From assembly GCA_938028765.1 (NCBI GenBank), contig CALIZF010000020.1, forward strand, positions 8,112-72,111: a stretch of DNA of 64,000 bases. Reading direction: 5' to 3'. Both the position numbers and the translations under genes were made by a program. Shown here one piece after another: positions 60,853 through 64,000 of the stretch. Positions within the stretch are counted from its first letter, which is position 1. Each line of letters opens with the position of its first letter. This DNA is from an uncultured Rhodobacteraceae bacterium (GTDB lineage: Bacteria; Pseudomonadota; Alphaproteobacteria; Rhodobacterales; Rhodobacteraceae). The notes beneath the pieces were generated by a model, which saw only the letters and a program-made list of their open reading frames with translations, had not been told where the DNA came from and made no database searches.

Positions 60853-62046
60853 ATGGCATACGACGTGGTGGTGGTGGGCGGCGGGCCATCGGGGGCGACC
60901 GCGGCCGAGGACCTGGCGCGCGCAGGGCGGCGGGTGGCGCTGATCGACCGGGCCGGGCGGATCAAGCCCTGCGGCGGCGCGATTCCGCCGCGGCTGATCG
61001 CCGACTTCGCAATCCCCGACGCGCAGATCGTGGCGCGGATCACCACGGCCCGCATGATCTCGCCCACGGGGCGCGCCGTGGACATTCCGATCGAGAACGG
61101 TTTCGTCGGCATGGTGGACCGCGAGCATTTCGACGAATTCCTGCGTGACCGCGCCGCCCGCGCCGGGGCCGAGCGCCACACCGGCACCTGGCTGCGCACC
61201 GAGCGGGACGGAGAGGGCACCCATGTCGTCTACCGCGACAAGGCGACCGGCACCGAACGGCGCCTGACCACGCGCCTTGTGATCGGCGCGGACGGCGCGC
61301 GGTCGGGCGTGGCGCGGGCGGATGTGCCCGGCGGCGACCGCATCCCCTATGTCATCGCCTATCACGAGATCATCGAGGCGCCCGAGGGCGGCCGCGCGGC
61401 CGAGGCCGGGTATGACCCCGCGCGCTGCGATGTCGTCTACGACGGTCGGATCAGCCCCGATTTCTACGGCTGGGTGTTCCCGCATGGCGCGCAGGCCTCG
61501 GTCGGGATGGGCACCGAGAAGGACGGGGTCAGCCTCAAGGACGCCACCGCCGCGCTGCGCAGGATGGCGGGCCTTGCGGGGTGCCGGACGGTCCGGCGCG
61601 AGGGCGCGCCGATCCCGCTGCGACCGCTCGACCGCTGGGACAACGGGCGCGACACGGTGCTGGCGGGCGACGCTGCCGGCGTGGTCGCGCCATCCTCGGG
61701 CGAGGGGATCTATTACGCGATGGCCGGCGGCCGCGCGGCCGCCACGGCGGCCGAGGCGTTCCTGCGGTCGGGGCGGGCGCGCGACCTCGGGCTTGCCCGG
61801 CGGCTGTTCCTGCGGGAACACGGCACGGTGTTCAGGGTCTTGCGGTCCATGCAGGACGCCTACTATCGCAGCGACGAGCGACGCGAACGGTTCGTGTCGC
61901 TCTGCCACGACGTGGACGTGCAGCGGCTGACCTTCGAGGCCTACATGAACAAGAAGCTGGTCAAGGCGCGGCCGCTTGCGCACATCAAGATCGGGATTAA
62001 GAACGTGCTGCATCTGACGGGGCTGGTGTCGCCCCTGCGCACATGA
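60853..62046 (+). CDS. bchP: geranylgeranyl diphosphate/bacteriochlorophyll reductase
   Basis: FAD-binding N-terminus YDVVVVGGGPSGATAAEDLA and the ChlP/BchP family. ATG 60853 preceded by GGGAGAG. Confidence 0.95.
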   Translation: MAYDVVVVGGGPSGATAAEDLARAGRRVALIDRAGRIKPCGGAIPPRLIADFAIPDAQIVARITTARMISPTGRAVDIPIENGFVGMVDREHFDEFLRDRAARAGAERHTGTWLRTERDGEGTHVVYRDKATGTERRLTTRLVIGADGARSGVARADVPGGDRIPYVIAYHEIIEAPEGGRAAEAGYDPARCDVVYDGRISPDFYGWVFPHGAQASVGMGTEKDGVSLKDATAALRRMAGLAGCRTVRREGAPIPLRPLDRWDNGRDTVLAGDAAGVVAPSSGEGIYYAMAGGRAAATAAEAFLRSGRARDLGLARRLFLREHGTVFRVLRSMQDAYYRSDERRERFVSLCHDVDVQRLTFEAYMNKKLVKARPLAHIKIGIKNVLHLTGLVSPLRT

Positions 62047-62576
62047 CCGCGCTGATCCCGGCCTGGGTGGACGGCACGCTGCAACCGGTCGAAAAGCTGG
62101 CGGTCCACCGGCAGGGCCTGCGGCATCTTGCGGTGTCGGTGTTCCTGATGCGCGGACGCCAGACGCTGATCCAGCGGCGCGCTGCGGGCAAGTATCACAC
62201 GCCGGGCCTCTGGGCGAACACCTGCTGCACGCATCCGCACTGGGGCGAGGATCCGGCCCGGTGCGCGCAGCGCCGGCTGCGCGAGGAACTGGGGATCACC
62301 GGTGTGTCGCCCGCCTTCGCCGGGCAGGTCGAATACCGCGCGGCGGTCGGCCGGGGGCTGATCGAGCACGAGCTGGTCGAGATCTTCACGGTCAGGGCGC
62401 CCGATGCGCTGACGATCGACCCCGACCCCGACGAGGTGCAGGCGGTGGATTGGATCGACCTTTACGATCTCGCCGCCGACTGCGAGCGGCACCCGGCGCG
62501 CTACACCCCCTGGCTGCGCATCTACCTTGCCCGGCACATGGACATGCTGTTCGGCGCCCTCGCTTCGGCGCGCTGA
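62043..62576 (+). CDS. idi: isopentenyl-diphosphate delta-isomerase, type 1
   Basis: Nudix-fold IDI-1 with TNTCCTHP-type motif (WANTCCTHPHWGE) and EHELVEIF. ATGA overlap with the bchP stop. Confidence 0.9.
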   Translation: MTALIPAWVDGTLQPVEKLAVHRQGLRHLAVSVFLMRGRQTLIQRRAAGKYHTPGLWANTCCTHPHWGEDPARCAQRRLREELGITGVSPAFAGQVEYRAAVGRGLIEHELVEIFTVRAPDALTIDPDPDEVQAVDWIDLYDLAADCERHPARYTPWLRIYLARHMDMLFGALASAR

Positions 62577-62603
62577 CGCGCCCGGCAGGATGATGCGGGC
62601 GGG

Positions 62604-63464
62604 TCAGGCGGCCGCAAGTCCGAGGTGCGCCGCGACCGCTGCGGCGACGGGCCGGGGCTCGGTCTCGTGCACGAGGTGCCCGCCCGTGGGCAGGGCAAGA
62701 TGGCGTGCGGCGGGCAGGCGTGCGGCCGCCGCCGCCGAGGTTTCGGGCGGCACCGCACGGTCGTCGGCTGCGGTGATCAGAATGACGGGCACCGCGATGC
62801 GCGGCAGGCGCGCGAGCAGACCGTCGAGCCGCCACTGCGCCATCATCGTGAGCGTGCCGTCCACATGGCCCGGATCGCGGATCAGGTGCAGGTAGCAGGC
62901 AAGGCCCGTCTCGTCGATCACGCTGCCGGTCGCGCGGATCAGCCGGTCCACCTGCGCGGGGCTGCGCCACAGCCGCGCGAAGACCGGTGCGGCGAAGGGG
63001 TTCATCGCCAGCATCCGCGCCATCACCGGAAAGAGGATGCCCGCCATCCCCTGGAACGGCGACAGTGCCGCGTTGATCGCGGCGACGGCGGGCTTGCGCG
63101 GCAGGATCTCGGCCAGCCGAAGGGCCAGCGCCGCGCCCGCGGAATGCCCGACGATTCCCGCGGGCGTCCAGCCTTCCTGCGCGCAGAGGGCGGCGATGTC
63201 CTCGGCCATCGCGTCGAGCGATGACCGCGCGCGCGTGCCAGCGACGGTAAAGCCCTGACCCGGCAGGTCCGGTGCGATCAGGCGACAGCCGGGCAGCAGG
63301 GGTGCCAGCGCACGCCAGGAATGGCACGCCCCGCCCGCGCCGTGCAGCAGGAGCACATCCGGCCCCGCGCCCTGCACCTGGACGTGCCACAGGTGCGGCC
63401 GGCAGGCGATCCGGCGGGAAGCGGCGCGCGCGGGCCAGAACGCGGGCAGCACGAGCGGCGTCAC
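62604..63464 (-). CDS. bchO: alpha/beta hydrolase, Mg-chelatase accessory protein BchO
   Basis: Nucleophile elbow GHSAG and an HG oxyanion region (LLLHGAGG). Lies directly downstream of bchD with a GTGA overlap. Confidence 0.85.
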   Translation of the reverse strand: MTPLVLPAFWPARAASRRIACRPHLWHVQVQGAGPDVLLLHGAGGACHSWRALAPLLPGCRLIAPDLPGQGFTVAGTRARSSLDAMAEDIAALCAQEGWTPAGIVGHSAGAALALRLAEILPRKPAVAAINAALSPFQGMAGILFPVMARMLAMNPFAAPVFARLWRSPAQVDRLIRATGSVIDETGLACYLHLIRDPGHVDGTLTMMAQWRLDGLLARLPRIAVPVILITAADDRAVPPETSAAAAARLPAARHLALPTGGHLVHETEPRPVAAAVAAHLGLAAA

Positions 63465-64000
63465 GCCAGTGCCGCGGCCAGTGTGCCCGCCAGACGCTGC
63501 GCATCCGCCCGCGGCAGCGGCAGATAGACCGCGCCCATCGTCTGCGCCAGCGCGCGCAGACCCGCCTGCGGCCGCGTGGCGGTGTCGAGCACCAGCGCCG
63601 GCACCCCGCGCGCCCGGATCGCGCGTGCGAGCGTCGCCGCATCCGCCTCGGCCCGCAGGCGGTCGGGCGTGCCGTCCAACGCCACGTTGCCTCGCCCGTC
63701 GGTCAGCATCGCCAGCGTCGGCGTCATGCCTTGCGCCTTCAGCCGCAGCGCAAGGTCGAGGCCGGTCCGCAGCGCCGCCGCAAGCGGGGTTGGGCCGCCG
63801 CCGGGCAGGGCCGCGAGGCGGCGCTTCGTCTGGACGAGGCTGCGGGTCGGCGGCAGCAGCAGGTCGGCCCCGGTTCCCCGGAAGGCGATCAGCGCCACAT
63901 GGTCGCGCCGGGCGTAGGCCTGGCCCAGCAAGAGCTCGGCCGCCCCCTTCGCCTCGGCCAGCCGGGCGAGGGCGGCCGAGCCGCTGGCATCCACGGCGAA
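63461..64000 (-). CDS. bchD: magnesium chelatase subunit D (C-terminal part; gene continues beyond the window)
   Basis: vWA domain with MIDAS DASGS and LTDGRGN. The ORF is open to the window edge. Confidence 0.9.
   Translation of the reverse strand, partial: FAVDASGSAALARLAEAKGAAELLLGQAYARRDHVALIAFRGTGADLLLPPTRSLVQTKRRLAALPGGGPTPLAAALRTGLDLALRLKAQGMTPTLAMLTDGRGNVALDGTPDRLRAEADAATLARAIRARGVPALVLDTATRPQAGLRALAQTMGAVYLPLPRADAQRLAGTLAAALA

Overview
Very GC-rich (by eye, not computed) alphaproteobacterial, Rhodobacteraceae-like chromosomal window. All homology calls come from reading the translated ORFs and recalling family motifs; no searches were run. From about 1 to 37 kb the genes are ordinary housekeeping: rhomboid protease, dihaem cytochrome c, ygfZ, ccmH and ccmF, hpt, an MsbA-like ABC exporter, hisC, murJ, glnD, an lpoA-like gene, rsmI, yraN, gshB, comM, cobU, a cobC-like gene, rpoH, coaBC, dut, a moeB-like gene, an amino-acid ABC importer, dcp, a CDF transporter and a 2-hydroxyacid dehydrogenase. 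From about 37.2 to 64 kb lies one arm of a purple-bacterial photosynthesis gene cluster (PGC). It has three parts: bchE-bchJ on the plus strand; a ~16 kb co-directional minus-strand block bchF-N-B-H-L-M-lhaA-puhA-B-C-(bciE-like)-acsF-puhE-hemA-cycA; then ppaA-ppsR-bchG-pucC-like-bchP-idi on the plus strand, with bchO-bchD on the minus strand (bchD cut by the window end). I recognised no rRNA, tRNA, CRISPR array, transposase, integrase or phage genes. I do not see a convincing wholly new multi-gene system. The least explained signals are: (1) a ~50 nt composite repeat (GC hairpin plus a conserved lower-GC 25-30-mer) present three times, twice inside the bch operon in opposite orientations and once outside the PGC; (2) TGT-N12-ACA PpsR-type palindromes in odd positions, touching the bchG and ppaA start codons; (3) a frame switch at a G-run in an unassigned ORF near 1.1 kb; (4) an orphan PaaG-like crotonase translationally coupled to a methyltransferase. 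Many very long ORFs in the track are antisense artefacts of the high GC content and were rejected.
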